64,000 nucleotides of DNA, taken from assembly GCA_963662315.1 (NCBI GenBank), contig OY759353.1:2304001-2368000 (forward strand), written 5' to 3'. The DNA is from Geopsychrobacteraceae bacterium. Its GTDB lineage: Bacteria; Desulfobacterota; Desulfuromonadia; Desulfuromonadales; Geopsychrobacteraceae. Below, piece by piece: positions 1-12,389 of the stretch. Numbering within the stretch: position 1 is the first letter of the stretch; each line of letters starts with the position of its first letter. Below the pieces are notes generated by a model, which saw only the letters and a list, made by a program, of their open reading frames with translations, was not told the origin of the DNA and ran no database searches. The translations under genes were made by a program, and so were the position numbers.

Positions 1-390
1 CAGCGCCTGATTCCGCGCAGTGAGGGCCAGGGGCGGGTTGCCGCCGTTGAAGTCATGATATCGACCGCCCGCGTTCGCGAACTGATTGATGATCGGGAAA
101 AGACTGTCCACTTGAAAGATGCCATCGCCCAGGGCTACACAACCTATGGCATGCAATCTTTTGACCAGGCGCTGATGGATCTGGTCAAACGTGACGTCAT
201 CACCTACGAAGAAGCTGTACGGCAAAGTTCAAACCCGGATGATTTCAAACTTAAATTCTCCGGTATCGATTCCACTTCGGACACGTCGTGGAGTGATTTC
301 GAACGCGGTAAAGAAGAGGAAGAAAAACTGTCAGCATTACCGACTGAAGGGCTTGAAAACGGTGGCAAAGTCCAAATCGAACGCTTCTGA
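1..390 (+). CDS. pilT: PilT/PilU-family type IV pilus ATPase, C-terminal fragment (gene begins before the window)
   Basis: Frame 1 is open from base 1: QRLIPRSEGQGRVAAVEVMI...IAQG...YGMQSFDQAL, the characteristic PilT C-terminal motifs. Confidence 0.85.
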   Translation, partial: QRLIPRSEGQGRVAAVEVMISTARVRELIDDREKTVHLKDAIAQGYTTYGMQSFDQALMDLVKRDVITYEEAVRQSSNPDDFKLKFSGIDSTSDTSWSDFERGKEEEEKLSALPTEGLENGGKVQIERF

Positions 391-838
391 CCCTTTTGCC
401 TCTGCGTTACGGCTGCTATCCAGCCGCGATATGAGTGAAGCCGAACTGCGCCGCAAGCTGGCCAGGTTCGGCTTTTCGACACATGAAATCGATGATGCCG
501 TCAGCAAATGTCGCGAATATGACTATCTCGATGATCAGCGCTATGCCCTGTTGCGCGCCCGCAGTCTGGCCCAGAGTGGTAAAGGCGTCGGTCGGAAAAT
601 AGTTCTGGACCTGAAGCAGCGCGGCATCGATGAAACGACCGCCTGCCAAGCTCTTGAGAAAATAGCCATAGAAACACCACCCGAACAGGTCATGCGTGAT
701 TTGCTTGAGCGGCGCTTCAGCAATTTTAATTATCACCAGGCTGAAGACCGTGAACGCCGCCGTGTGGTTGGCTATCTGCTACGCCGCGGTTTTTCCCTGG
801 ACCTGATCTTCAGTGTCCTGCGTGACACGAGAGATTAG
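353..838 (+). CDS. recX: Regulatory protein RecX
   Basis: ALRLLSSRDMSEAELRRKL, YLDDQRYA, G.RKIVLDLKQRGI, YLLRRGFS motifs. Start probably TTG353 or GTG362 rather than 191. Confidence 0.9.
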   Translation: MKTVAKSKSNASDPFASALRLLSSRDMSEAELRRKLARFGFSTHEIDDAVSKCREYDYLDDQRYALLRARSLAQSGKGVGRKIVLDLKQRGIDETTACQALEKIAIETPPEQVMRDLLERRFSNFNYHQAEDRERRRVVGYLLRRGFSLDLIFSVLRDTRD

Positions 839-1947
839 TCTATCGTGGAATCGGTGTAACTCTTCAGTTCTCCCAGGAAGAAAATCCCCGGATCAGTTTC
901 AAACCCGTCATTGACATTTTCCTGCAGCGTTGAACGATCAATGTCCAAATCGCCCGTACGATCGTTGCTGACAAAAAAGATGGCGCCGCCCCCCTCGACC
1001 GCATAGTTATGAGTTATGTCACTACCACAGATATGCAGGGTAAAATCATTTCCGTCGTTATAGATAGCTCCACCACTACCGCCACCTGGAGTCCCTGGCC
1101 TGGCCGGATTGGCACCATAGCCGATTGCCTGGTTGTAACTAAGCAAGCTGTTAATAATTGTAAATGAGACACCGATGCTGCTGAGTGCCCCACCATTGGA
1201 ACCGATATTGCCCAGATCAGGTTGCCCGCCAAAGACAGAATTCACCACATACACCGGCATATTGTCATATTGGCTCAAGACCCTTAGCGCCGCACCACCA
1301 ACATCCGCGCCATCTTCATCACAGAAGTTGTTAAAAAAACGGCTGTTAAATATTTTGAAACGTCCCCCACGCACAAATATGGCTCCACCGCCAGCGGGAG
1401 TGTCGCCAACCGATGCACCGTTGATAAAGGTCAGGTTCTGTACCGTAAGGCGCGGATGATCCTGATTTTGACAGTGATCTGTCGTCCAGATCTGATCTTG
1501 GTCACAGGTGTTCATATAGAGGATCCGCCGTGTCCCGCCTCCATCAAGCGTCACCAGGCCACCACCGTCGATCACAATGTCAGGCCCGGTGTTGTTAACG
1601 ACTTTAGCCGTTTCTTCAAGGGTAATGACTACCGGGTCCGGCCCACAGTTAAATGTGATAATCCCCCCGCCAGCAACAGCAGTTACAACAGCCGCACTGG
1701 TACAGCTCTCCGGCGTTCCGTTACCGATTACCTGATCAGCGTTACTGGTGTCTAGCGCTCTGGCTGCAGCCGGAACCGCACAAGTCTGAGCGGCGTTGCC
1801 AACAACAGGCCAATCATCCGCATAGGAAATAATTTCAACTGCCGCCCCCTCCGTCCCGGAGTTGCTGGACGAGCTCCCTCCACAACCATACTGAAAAAGC
1901 AGAAGAAATCCGCAAAAGATTATAAATAAAGACGGGATAGTTTTCAT
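835..1947 (-). CDS. Putative lipoprotein with pectin-lyase-like/Pmp-type beta-helix (GGAI/F repeats)
   Basis: Signal peptide with lipobox-like YGC, Ser/Gly linker, repeated GGGAIF/GGALS/GGAIY and FxxN motifs. Likely start ATG1947. Confidence 0.65.
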   Translation of the reverse strand: MKTIPSLFIIFCGFLLLFQYGCGGSSSSNSGTEGAAVEIISYADDWPVVGNAAQTCAVPAAARALDTSNADQVIGNGTPESCTSAAVVTAVAGGGIITFNCGPDPVVITLEETAKVVNNTGPDIVIDGGGLVTLDGGGTRRILYMNTCDQDQIWTTDHCQNQDHPRLTVQNLTFINGASVGDTPAGGGAIFVRGGRFKIFNSRFFNNFCDEDGADVGGAALRVLSQYDNMPVYVVNSVFGGQPDLGNIGSNGGALSSIGVSFTIINSLLSYNQAIGYGANPARPGTPGGGSGGAIYNDGNDFTLHICGSDITHNYAVEGGGAIFFVSNDRTGDLDIDRSTLQENVNDGFETDPGIFFLGELKSYTDSTID

Positions 1948-2479
1948 GGCAGCCTTCTTTTCATTTAGGTGGATACGTAGCGAGCCCAAAGGCTGCTAGC
2001 GCACCGTGCTTTACATTTAATGTTGGAAGAGTTGGTATTCAGAAAGGAAACACACAAAGCAGAAACAGCATGCCAACCCCCCACCGACTTAGGACAGTCT
2101 AGCAGGTTCGCAGAAATTGGCAACATTTCGCTTACCAAACGTAAGTCCATCTATTTTCGGCGGGTCCAAAAAAATCAATAGTTTTCCATATCTCTACTCT
2201 CAGCACCTGATGATCTAGCAAGTCAAAAAACACATGCTGACAAAAAAGGATAACATTAAGGACCAATATATAGAACAAACACGGAATGGCAGAAGTATCC
2301 AATCAGAAAGACCTGAACATAAGAAGCATTATCAGGATTTTCAGACATGGCTGAGCTCCTGCCGACAAAATCCTTTTCAATCAAGGCCAATTCATATTAT
2401 CATCCCGTGTTTAACTGCGTCTGATTCATTATTTTGAATGATCTTATATACAAATCTGGATTAAGAAAGGTCTGCAGCC

Positions 2480-5119
2480 ATGCTCACTGGTAATGAAATT
2501 CGTGCCCGTTTCCTCAAGTTTTTTGAAGATAAGGGGCATACTGTTGTGTCATCATCATCCCTGGTCCCCCATAACGATCCAACCCTGCTGTTTACCAACG
2601 CCGGGATGAATCAGTTCAAAGACTGCTTTTTGGGGGCCGAAAAACGCGCTTATGTGCGTGCGACAACATCACAGAAATGTGTCAGGGCTGGTGGCAAGCA
2701 CAACGACCTTGAGAATGTTGGCCGTACCGCACGCCACCACACTTTTTTCGAAATGCTGGGGAACTTTTCCTTCGGTGACTATTTTAAAAAAGATGCGATC
2801 GCTTTCGCCTGGTCGTTCCTGACAGAAGATCTCAAACTGGATAAAGAGCGTCTCTATGTTTCGGTTTATACCGATGATGATGAGGCTGCCGATATCTGGC
2901 ACAACCAGGAAGGGGTGCCACGCGAACGCATTTTCCGCTTTGAAGAAGACAATTTCTGGCAGATGGGCGATACCGGTCCCTGCGGTCCCTGTTCTGAAAT
3001 TTTCTATGATAATGGCCCCGAAGTCGGCTGTGGCTCTCCTGAGTGTACGGTCGGCTGTGACTGTGACCGCTACATGGAGATCTGGAACAACGTCTTTATG
3101 CAGTTTGACCGGCAGCCCGATGGTGAGCTGATCCCCCTGCCAAAGCCGGCAGTCGATACAGGTATGGGATTGGAACGGATCACCACTGTCATGCAGGGGG
3201 TTCAGTCCAACTATGATACCGATCTGCTACGCAACATCATCAGTTATATTGAAACCCTGTCCGGCAAGACCTACGGAAAAGACGACGACAATGATGTATC
3301 GATGCGGGTGATGGCGGACCACAGCCGTGCCACAGCCTACCTGATTGCCGATGGCGTCATGCCCAGCAACGAAGGGCGTGGCTATGTCCTGCGCCGTATC
3401 ATGCGCCGGGCGATGCGCCATGCAAAAATGCTCGGTTTTGAAGATCCGGTCCTGTACAAAACCTCAGTCTTTGTCCTTGACGCCATGTCCACGGCCTATC
3501 CGGAAGAGGCCGGCCGTAAAGATTTTGTCGCCAAAGTGGTCCAGAACGAAGAGGAACGCTTTATCCAAACGCTGGGGAACGGTCTGCGTATCCTTCAGGA
3601 AGAGATTGCCGGCCTGTCTGCCGGCGGCAATAAAACCATACCGGGGGAGACGGTTTTCAAACTCTATGACACCTATGGGTTCCCCCTTGACCTGACCGCC
3701 GACATCGTCGAAAAGGACGGCTTCAGCCTTGATGAGGAAGGCTTTGAAGCATGCATGGAAGAGCAACGCGCCAAAGCTCGTGAGCACTGGAAAGGCTCTG
3801 GAGAAGAAGCCATATCCGGCATTTACAAGAAGCTGGTCGATGACGGTATCAAAACCACCTTCAGCGGCTATCAGAACAACGAAGATCAGGGAGAAATTAT
3901 CGCCATCATCCGTCAGGGTGAACTGGTTGAAGAAGCGGCCTGCGGTGAAAAAGTTGAAATTGTCACCTCAACAACCCCCTGCTACGGTGAATCGGGTGGC
4001 CAGGTCGGAGATACCGGCAGCATGACCACTGGCAACGCAACAGTAACAATCAATGATACAAAAAAACCGCTTCCCGATCTGTTTGTCCACCATTGTGAAA
4101 TTGTCACCGGCGCGCTTAAAATCGCCGATATCGCAGCCATCAAGGTTGATCGTGAGCGACGCCAGCGCATCGTCATCAACCATACGGCAACCCACCTGCT
4201 GCAGGCCGCCTTGCAGAAACACCTCGGCAACCATATAAAGCAGGCCGGCTCGCTGGTAACTCCTGAACGGCTGCGTTTTGATTTTACCCATTTTTCACCG
4301 GTCACCACGGCCGAACTGATGACCATTGAAGCAGAGGTTAACAGCCAGATCCGCCACAATGCTGAGGTCGTCAGCCAACTGATGTCTGCGGACGAAGCAA
4401 AGCAATCGGGCGCTATGGCACTGTTCGGTGAAAAGTACGGTGACGAAGTCAGGGTGATTTCCGTTGGCGATTATAGCAAAGAATTGTGTGGTGGCACTCA
4501 TGCCGCCGCCGCTGGCGATATCGGCTTGTTCCGGATCCTGAGTGAGGGGGGGATCGCAGCCGGAGTTCGGCGCATTGAAGCAGTAACCGGTGAAGCCGCC
4601 CTTGGGTTAGTCCATCAGCAGCAGAAAGCCCTGCAACGCTTGGCGGATCTGGTCAAAAGCGACCCACAACAGCTGGAAATGCGTATCCAGAAAATGGTCG
4701 AGCATCAGAAAGAACTCGAGAAGGAAGTTGAGCAACTGCACACTAAACTGAATGCCGAGCGCAGCAATGAATTGCTCAACCAGCTTCAGGATATCGACGG
4801 TGTCAAACTGTTAGCAGTTAAAGTTCCGGGAGTCGATGGTAAGGGCCTACGTGATTTTTCAGACCAGCTGCGCGATAAAGTTGGCTCCGGGGTTCTGGTT
4901 CTCGTTGCGGATAGTGATGGTAAAGTTGCTCTGCTGGTGGCCGTAACCAAAGACCTTATCCCACGCGTCAAAGCCGGCGACCTGATCAAACCTCTCGCTG
5001 CTATTGTTGGCGGCCGTGGTGGTGGTAAGCCGGAGCTGGCTCAGGCAGGAGGCTCTGAACCCGCCAAAATAGGCGCTCTGCTTCAGGCGGCTCCAGAGCA
5101 GCTGAAGCAACTACTTTAA
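2480..5119 (+). CDS. alaS: Alanine--tRNA ligase
   Basis: [55 protein letters not shown]; 879 aa. Confidence 0.99.
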   Translation: MLTGNEIRARFLKFFEDKGHTVVSSSSLVPHNDPTLLFTNAGMNQFKDCFLGAEKRAYVRATTSQKCVRAGGKHNDLENVGRTARHHTFFEMLGNFSFGDYFKKDAIAFAWSFLTEDLKLDKERLYVSVYTDDDEAADIWHNQEGVPRERIFRFEEDNFWQMGDTGPCGPCSEIFYDNGPEVGCGSPECTVGCDCDRYMEIWNNVFMQFDRQPDGELIPLPKPAVDTGMGLERITTVMQGVQSNYDTDLLRNIISYIETLSGKTYGKDDDNDVSMRVMADHSRATAYLIADGVMPSNEGRGYVLRRIMRRAMRHAKMLGFEDPVLYKTSVFVLDAMSTAYPEEAGRKDFVAKVVQNEEERFIQTLGNGLRILQEEIAGLSAGGNKTIPGETVFKLYDTYGFPLDLTADIVEKDGFSLDEEGFEACMEEQRAKAREHWKGSGEEAISGIYKKLVDDGIKTTFSGYQNNEDQGEIIAIIRQGELVEEAACGEKVEIVTSTTPCYGESGGQVGDTGSMTTGNATVTINDTKKPLPDLFVHHCEIVTGALKIADIAAIKVDRERRQRIVINHTATHLLQAALQKHLGNHIKQAGSLVTPERLRFDFTHFSPVTTAELMTIEAEVNSQIRHNAEVVSQLMSADEAKQSGAMALFGEKYGDEVRVISVGDYSKELCGGTHAAAAGDIGLFRILSEGGIAAGVRRIEAVTGEAALGLVHQQQKALQRLADLVKSDPQQLEMRIQKMVEHQKELEKEVEQLHTKLNAERSNELLNQLQDIDGVKLLAVKVPGVDGKGLRDFSDQLRDKVGSGVLVLVADSDGKVALLVAVTKDLIPRVKAGDLIKPLAAIVGGRGGGKPELAQAGGSEPAKIGALLQAAPEQLKQLL

Positions 5120-5139
5120 ATCACTCCAGCAGTACTGAG

Positions 5140-5180
5140 AATCCTGGCCTGCCCCATTGCCCGCAGGCCGGGATTTTTTT
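5140..5180 (+). terminator. Intrinsic terminator after alaS
   Basis: AATCCTGGCCTGC...GCAGGCCGGGATT stem followed by a T run. Confidence 0.8.
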
Positions 5181-5293
5181 ATATGAAATCGCATCGTCCT
5201 CAGAAAAAAATTATTGAGTTGTTATACTTGATAGCAACTCAAAGCAAGACGCTTTGAAAAGCAAACCCCAAGGAACCAGTCAAGGCATAAGCA

Positions 5294-6406
5294 ATGATCA
5301 ACAATCTCTTTAACAACACCAGCCGAAAAACCATTCTTATTGTCGATGACGAGCCCATTGTGCGCGAATTGTGCGCCAGTGCCCTTTACACCCATAACAC
5401 CCTGCTTGCTGCCGATGGCGATGAGGCCCTGAAGACCCTGGCCAATATCGAGGTCGACCTGATCCTTTGTGATGTCGTCATGCCAAATACCGGAGGTCTG
5501 GAATTACTCAGCAAAGTTCGCTCTCAGCGCCCTGATCTGGGCTTCATCCTGATGACCGGCTATTCTGACAAAGATCTTGTCCTTGAAGCCCTGAAAGAGG
5601 GAGCCGATGACTTTATCAACAAACCGATCAATATCCTGCAACTCAGCACCACAGTGAATAAAACCCTTGAAAAGCAGGAAATCCGTGAAGAATTGGCCGC
5701 CCTCAAACGGACCGACAAGCTCAAAAATGATTTTCTTGGTCTTATCTCCCACAAACTGAAAACCCCGGCAACCGCCATTTCCTTGTTTATTGAAAATATC
5801 GCGGACGGAATTGAAAGTCCCAATGACGAAAACTTTCAGCAAATGGTCACCATGGTGCAGTCAGAGATTCTCCATCTGGAACAATTGATCCAGGATCTGC
5901 TCTATTTCAGCGAAGCAACCCTCGAAGACGATAAATGCTCCCTGGAACCGACCAACCTGCGCAGCATCGCCGAACAGGTCGCCTTAGCCCTCAAGCCAAT
6001 TGCTCTGAACAACAAGATTGACTACCATATCAAACTGAATAACATACCAGAATGGCCATTAATGCTGAATTCGCAACGCACCAACTTTGCCATTCGCGCC
6101 CTGCTTGACAATGCCATCAAATTCACCCCGGCTGGCGGCAGTGTCACCATCAGCGGAGAGGTCGACAATAACTGGGTGAAGCTGCAAATCAGCGATACCG
6201 GCATCGGTATCCCGAAGCCTGAACTGGTAAAAATATTCAATAAATTTTACCAGGTAGATCCCGAGCATACCGGACAGGTCAGAGGCTTCGGCCTGGGGTT
6301 GTTCTATGCCCGCGATTTCATTCGCAGCATGTCCGGCCAATTGACTCTGCGCAGCGAACCGGAGCAAGGCACAACCGCAACGATTGAATTCCCGATCGAA
6401 CACTGA
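5294..6406 (+). CDS. Hybrid response regulator-histidine kinase (REC-HisKA-HATPase)
   Basis: ILIVDDE, DVVMP, FINKP receiver motifs; SHKLKTP H-box; NAIKFT, DTGIGI, GFGLGL ATPase boxes. Confidence 0.92.
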   Translation: MINNLFNNTSRKTILIVDDEPIVRELCASALYTHNTLLAADGDEALKTLANIEVDLILCDVVMPNTGGLELLSKVRSQRPDLGFILMTGYSDKDLVLEALKEGADDFINKPINILQLSTTVNKTLEKQEIREELAALKRTDKLKNDFLGLISHKLKTPATAISLFIENIADGIESPNDENFQQMVTMVQSEILHLEQLIQDLLYFSEATLEDDKCSLEPTNLRSIAEQVALALKPIALNNKIDYHIKLNNIPEWPLMLNSQRTNFAIRALLDNAIKFTPAGGSVTISGEVDNNWVKLQISDTGIGIPKPELVKIFNKFYQVDPEHTGQVRGFGLGLFYARDFIRSMSGQLTLRSEPEQGTTATIEFPIEH

Positions 6407-6660
6407 TTAAACCGTCATTGCAATCTGGCCTGGCAACACAAATACAGTTCCCTACGCATTTAATAGCCATCCCCTTAGACGCCTTTACGACTGCCTCAAA
6501 CGTTCCTAATACCCCCATCAGAGAGTATTATTGAAAGACCTGCACCTTTTGACAAAATAGTGCCAGATCTTTAGCAAGAATCAAATATAAGCTCTTTTTC
6601 ATCGATACTTTTTTGTGTTATGTTTCGTCTTTCCACCAATCAGACAAAGGGAGCGAAGCT

Positions 6661-7191
6661 TTGTTCAAAGGAACCACAATCTGTTGTGTCAGACACCAGG
6701 GAAAAGTCGCTCTGGCCGGAGATGGCCAGGTCAGTCTTGGCAATACGGTCATGAAACACGGTGCCCGCAAAATCCGGCGCCTTTACCAGGAAAGCGTGAT
6801 CGCCGGTTTCGCCGGCAGCACCGCCGACGCTTTTACCCTGTTTGAAAAATTTGAGGCCAAACTGCAGGAATTCAGAGGCAGCCTGCCTCGTGCAGCGGTA
6901 GCACTGGCTAAAGACTGGCGTACCGACCGGGTCCTGAGGCGCTTGGAAGCATTATTGATTGTTGCTGACAAGGATGTCACCCTGGTCATTTCCGGTGCCG
7001 GAGATGTTATTGAACCTGATGATGGTGTTGCTGCCATCGGCTCAGGGGGTAGCTTTGCACTGGCAGCAGCCCGGGCTCTGGTTGCCCATTCGGAACTGTC
7101 GGCGGATCAGATCGCCGAGAAAGCCCTGCTGATCGCTTCAGAAATCTGCATTTACACTAACGACCGGATCGCTGTTGAGGTTATCTCGTGA
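6661..7191 (+). CDS. hslV: ATP-dependent protease subunit HslV
   Basis: TTICCVR N-terminal Thr, [27 protein letters not shown] start at 6661 after GGGAG. Confidence 0.97.
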   Translation: MFKGTTICCVRHQGKVALAGDGQVSLGNTVMKHGARKIRRLYQESVIAGFAGSTADAFTLFEKFEAKLQEFRGSLPRAAVALAKDWRTDRVLRRLEALLIVADKDVTLVISGAGDVIEPDDGVAAIGSGGSFALAAARALVAHSELSADQIAEKALLIASEICIYTNDRIAVEVIS

Positions 7192-8516
7192 CAAATTTTA
7201 CCCCCAGAGAAATCGTTTCAGAACTGGATCGCTACATTATCGGTCAAAATGACGCCAAACGCGCCGTTGCCGTGGCTTTGCGTAACCGCTGGCGGCGTCA
7301 GCAGGTTCCCGAGGAACTGCGCGATGAGATCGCACCGAAGAACATCATCATGATCGGGCCGACCGGGGTTGGCAAAACGGAAATCGCCCGGCGTCTGGCC
7401 AAACTTGCTGAAGCCCCTTTCATCAAAGTTGAGGCCAGCAAATTTACCGAAGTTGGTTATGTCGGGCGTGACGTTGAAAGTATGGTGCGTGATCTTCTTG
7501 AACTGGCCATCAATATGGTCAAAGAAGAAGAAGCTCGCAAAATGCAGATTAAAGCAGAAGCCAACGCCGAAGAAAAGCTGCTCGACCTGCTCTTGCCCGG
7601 CGAAGCCGACCGTTCTCCCGACAAACAGGAACAACGCCAGCATACCCGCGACCGCCTGCGGAAATTGTTGCGCCTGGGCGAACTGGACGAACGCTTTGTT
7701 GAAATTGAAACCCAGGTCAGCAATATGCCGGCCATGGGCGTATTTACCCCGCAGGGGAATGAAGAAATGGGGATGAACATCAAAGAGATGTTCGGCAACC
7801 TGTTTCCCAAAACAACCAAGCATAAGAGAATCAAGGTCAGTGAAGCACGCCAGATTCTGATTGAAGAAGAATCGGAAAAACTGGTCGATATGGAAAATGT
7901 CGTCACCCTGGCCCGCGAACGTACCGAACAGAGCGGCATCATTTTTATTGATGAAATCGACAAGATCGCCAGTCGCGAAGGGGTTCACGGTCCGGAGGTG
8001 TCGCGAGAAGGCGTTCAGCGCGATATTTTGCCAATCGTTGAAGGAAGTACCGTCAACACCAAACATGGCTCGGTTAAAACCGACCATATCCTGTTCGTTG
8101 CAGCGGGTGCTTTTCATATGGCAAAGCCATCTGATCTGATCCCTGAGCTGCAGGGCCGTTTCCCGATCAGGGTGGAACTGGATAGCCTCAATGAGGATGA
8201 CTTTTACCGCATCCTCACTGAGCCGACGAACGCGCTGATCCGCCAATACAGGGAATTGCTCAAAACTGAAGCGATCAACCTTGAATTTGAAGATGACGCC
8301 ATCCGCGAAATTGCCCGTATTGCCAAAGCGGTGAACGACCGGACCGAGAATATCGGCGCCCGCCGCCTGCATACAATTATGGAGAAACTGCTTGAAGAGC
8401 TGTCGTTTATTGCTCCGGAGCTGGCCCAAAAAGAGATCCGCATCACCAGCGAAGAGGTCCGACGACGATTGTCAGATATCAGCCAGAATGAAGACCTGTC
8501 ACGCTACATATTATAA
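7188..8516 (+). CDS. hslU: ATP-dependent protease ATPase subunit HslU
   Basis: [55 protein letters not shown]. Confidence 0.99.
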   Translation: MTNFTPREIVSELDRYIIGQNDAKRAVAVALRNRWRRQQVPEELRDEIAPKNIIMIGPTGVGKTEIARRLAKLAEAPFIKVEASKFTEVGYVGRDVESMVRDLLELAINMVKEEEARKMQIKAEANAEEKLLDLLLPGEADRSPDKQEQRQHTRDRLRKLLRLGELDERFVEIETQVSNMPAMGVFTPQGNEEMGMNIKEMFGNLFPKTTKHKRIKVSEARQILIEEESEKLVDMENVVTLARERTEQSGIIFIDEIDKIASREGVHGPEVSREGVQRDILPIVEGSTVNTKHGSVKTDHILFVAAGAFHMAKPSDLIPELQGRFPIRVELDSLNEDDFYRILTEPTNALIRQYRELLKTEAINLEFEDDAIREIARIAKAVNDRTENIGARRLHTIMEKLLEELSFIAPELAQKEIRITSEEVRRRLSDISQNEDLSRYIL

Positions 8517-8540
8517 TTTTCTGCACTCTGCAGAGCTTAG

Positions 8541-9469
<929 letters not shown>

Positions 9470-9470
<1 letters not shown>

Positions 9471-10663
9471 TGAGTACATCACAAAACTGGATCGACCGGG
9501 GGCTGACCCATGTCGCTAAAACATATGGCCGCTACCCGCTGGTTGCCGCCAGCGGCGAGGGGTGTTGGCTTACTGATGTTGACGGCAATAAATATCTCGA
9601 TTTTCTGGCGGGAGTAGCAGTCAACAACCTTGGCCACTGTCACCCCAAAATTGTCGCAACCCTGCAGGAACAGGCCGCGAAACTGATTCACTGCTCCAAC
9701 TATTATCACATTCCGAGCCAGATCGAGCTCGCGGAGCTGCTTTGCGAACATTCCTTCGGTGACCAGGTATTTTTCTGCAACTCCGGCGCCGAAGCCAACG
9801 AGGCCGCGATCAAACTGGCCCGCAAATACAGCACCGAAACCTACAGCAAGGACCGCTACGAAATCATCACGGCCAAGGTATCCTTTCATGGCCGGACCCT
9901 GTGTACCTTAACCGCCACCGGTCAGGAAAAAATTCAGATCGGCTTCGCCCCTTTGATTCAGGGCTTCAAATATGTCCCGTACGGGGATATTGCCGCCCTG
10001 AAGCAGGCTATCGGTCCACAGACCTGTGCGATTATGCTTGAACCCATTCAGGGAGAAGGCGGCATCAACATCCCGCCAGCCGGCTACCTCAAAGCCGTTC
10101 GCGAACTGTGCGACCAGCACAACCTGCTGTTAATTTTTGACGAAATCCAGGTCGGCCTTGGTCGGACCGGGAGCCTCTTTGCTTACCAACAGGAAGGGAT
10201 TGAGCCCGACATTATGGCTCTGGCCAAAGCCCTGGCCGGTGGACCGCCCATCGGGGCCATGGTCTCACGCCACCCGGTTATTGATGTTCTCGGCCCCGGA
10301 ACCCATGGGTCGACGTTCGGTGGAAATCCACTGGTTACCGCCGCCGCCGTAACCACAATGAAAGTCCTGCTGGAGGATGGCGTTCTGGCTAATTGCCAGG
10401 CTATGGGGGAATACCTGTGCCAACGACTGGAGCAGCTCAAAGAGAAATATGCCTTCATCAAAACGATTCGTGGTCGTGGCCTGATCGTCGGTATGGAGCT
10501 CAGCATAGAGGGGGGAGAGATTGTCACCACCGCCCTGACACGCGGCCTGCTTATCAACTGCACCATGGGTAAGGTGTTGCGCTTCGTGCCACCACTGATC
10601 GTCACCAAAGATGAAATCGACCAGATGATCCTGATTCTTGACGGAATCATGGCCGAAATATAA
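9470..10663 (+). CDS. argD: Acetylornithine aminotransferase
   Basis: FCNSGAEANEAA, SFHGRT, DEIQVGLGRTG, LAKALAGG, HGSTFGGNP; located in the arg cluster. Confidence 0.95.
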
Positions 10664-10716
10664 AAGCCGCGCCGGGTCACACGATGTGATCCGGCCGACC
10701 TACAAGGAGACATTGA

Positions 10717-11628
10717 ATGAACAAAGACTTTCTGTCGATTGCCGATTGCAAGCGGGAAGATCTCGAAGACATCTTTACTCTTGCCGCCGACCTGAAGAAA
10801 AAACAGAAAGAGGGTACCCCACATAAAATTCTGGAAGGACAGACTCTGGGGATGGTTTTCGAGAAAAGCTCAACCCGGACCAGGATTTCCTTTGAAGTCG
10901 GCATGTATCAACTGGGCGGACACGCCCTCTTCCTGCATTCCGGCAACACCCAGATGGGGCGCGGCGAACCGATCAAAGATTCGGCCCGCGTCATGGCGCG
11001 CTATTGCGATGGTATTATGATCAGAACCTTCTCACACCAGGTCGTCGAGGAGTTTGCCGAACACAGTTACGTACCGATTGTCAACGGCCTGACCGATCTG
11101 TGCCACCCGTGCCAGGTCATGGCGGATCTGTTTACCGTTATCGAGCATAAAGAGGATTTTACCAACCTCAAATACTGTTGGATCGGTGACGGCAACAACA
11201 TGGCCAACAGCTGGATCAATGCCGCTGCCAAGTTCGGCTTTGAGTTGCGTGTCGCAACCCCGAAAGGTTACGAGCCCAACGCAGAAGTGATTGCCACGGC
11301 GCAGGCTGCGGGCGCAAAACTGCTGTTGACCAACGATCCACGCGAAGCAGCTGACGGTGCCGATGTCCTGAATACCGACGTCTGGGCCAGTATGGGGCAG
11401 GAGCAGGAACAGAAGGAGCGGGAAGCTGCATTTAAAGGATTCCAGATCAACAGCGACCTGCTGAAAATTGCTGATCCGCAGTCAGTCGTCATGCATTGCC
11501 TGCCAGCACATCGGGATGAGGAAATTACCGATGAGGTGATGGAAGGACCACACTCGATTATTATCGATGAAGCAGAAAACCGCCTCCATGTCCAAAAAGC
11601 GATTCTGGCAACCTTAATGGCGCGGTGA
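10717..11628 (+). CDS. argF: Ornithine carbamoyltransferase
   Basis: SSTRTR, HPCQ, DVWASMG, HCLP, AENRLH. Confidence 0.98.
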   Translation: MNKDFLSIADCKREDLEDIFTLAADLKKKQKEGTPHKILEGQTLGMVFEKSSTRTRISFEVGMYQLGGHALFLHSGNTQMGRGEPIKDSARVMARYCDGIMIRTFSHQVVEEFAEHSYVPIVNGLTDLCHPCQVMADLFTVIEHKEDFTNLKYCWIGDGNNMANSWINAAAKFGFELRVATPKGYEPNAEVIATAQAAGAKLLLTNDPREAADGADVLNTDVWASMGQEQEQKEREAAFKGFQINSDLLKIADPQSVVMHCLPAHRDEEITDEVMEGPHSIIIDEAENRLHVQKAILATLMAR

Positions 11629-11631
11629 TTA

Positions 11632-12261
11632 ATGTTACTGACCTGCCCTTACTGTGGTTTCAGCAAAACGGTTGCTCCAGACCTGGTTCCACACGGCCAG
11701 GTGAAGGTTAGCTGCCCCAGGTGCCGACAGGACTTTCCGTTGACACCGACGCCCACCACAGGCACGGTAGACACGCTAGAAAACCGGCAGCAGGGTGAAC
11801 CTGGAGAGGTGGTTTCTCAAATTCCCGCCGAAAACCTGCCTAAAGCAGGCTTTTGGTTGCGGCTTGTTGCTGCCCTGATTGATATGAGCATTGTTCTGAC
11901 TCTGCAACTGGTCCTGGGGGCCGTTCTCGGGTTCACCGGAATAGCGCTTCTGGGTGCGGACGACAGCTCAACAATTAATCTGTTTTTATTAATGGTACTG
12001 TTCACCTATGTGCTCAGCTTCGCTTATTACATCATGTTTACCGGTTACTGTGGCCAGACTCCCGGGAAAATGGCCCTGCGCCTCAAAGTGATCCGCTGCA
12101 ACGGAGAAGATATAGGTTATGGCCGTGCCGCATTCAGAGAAATACCGGCCAAATTTGTTGCCAGAATTCTTCTTTGCATTGGCTACCTGATGATTGTTTT
12201 TGATTGTCAGAAGCAGGGCTTGCATGACCACATAGCCCAAACTTATGTCATAAAACTTTAG
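11632..12261 (+). CDS. Zinc-ribbon + RDD family membrane protein
   Basis: CPYC/CPRC N-terminus; [28 protein letters not shown] motifs. Confidence 0.88.
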   Translation: MLLTCPYCGFSKTVAPDLVPHGQVKVSCPRCRQDFPLTPTPTTGTVDTLENRQQGEPGEVVSQIPAENLPKAGFWLRLVAALIDMSIVLTLQLVLGAVLGFTGIALLGADDSSTINLFLLMVLFTYVLSFAYYIMFTGYCGQTPGKMALRLKVIRCNGEDIGYGRAAFREIPAKFVARILLCIGYLMIVFDCQKQGLHDHIAQTYVIKL

Positions 12262-12389
12262 TACAGTGCTTTCTATTTCGTGGAGCGGAACCATATTATC
12301 AGTTAAAATGCGATGAATTTTGGCTGGACGACACAGGCTGCTCCAGCCAGAAATCTGCAATGTCCGCTCTCAACACCAAGGAGATTACA

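Noticed and set aside
2058..2076. Sigma54-like TGGCA sites (also ~6560 and ~41612)
   Set aside because: The -12 GC is not at the required spacing.
2234..2437. 67-aa ORF upstream of alaS; also small ORFs at 41710-41934 and 42804-43031
   Set aside because: No motifs or convincing RBS; probably intergenic.
7218..8429. 403-aa antisense ORF, and similar ones opposite argB, argG and the suf genes
   Set aside because: Shadow frames of well-conserved genes caused by codon bias; no recognisable motifs.
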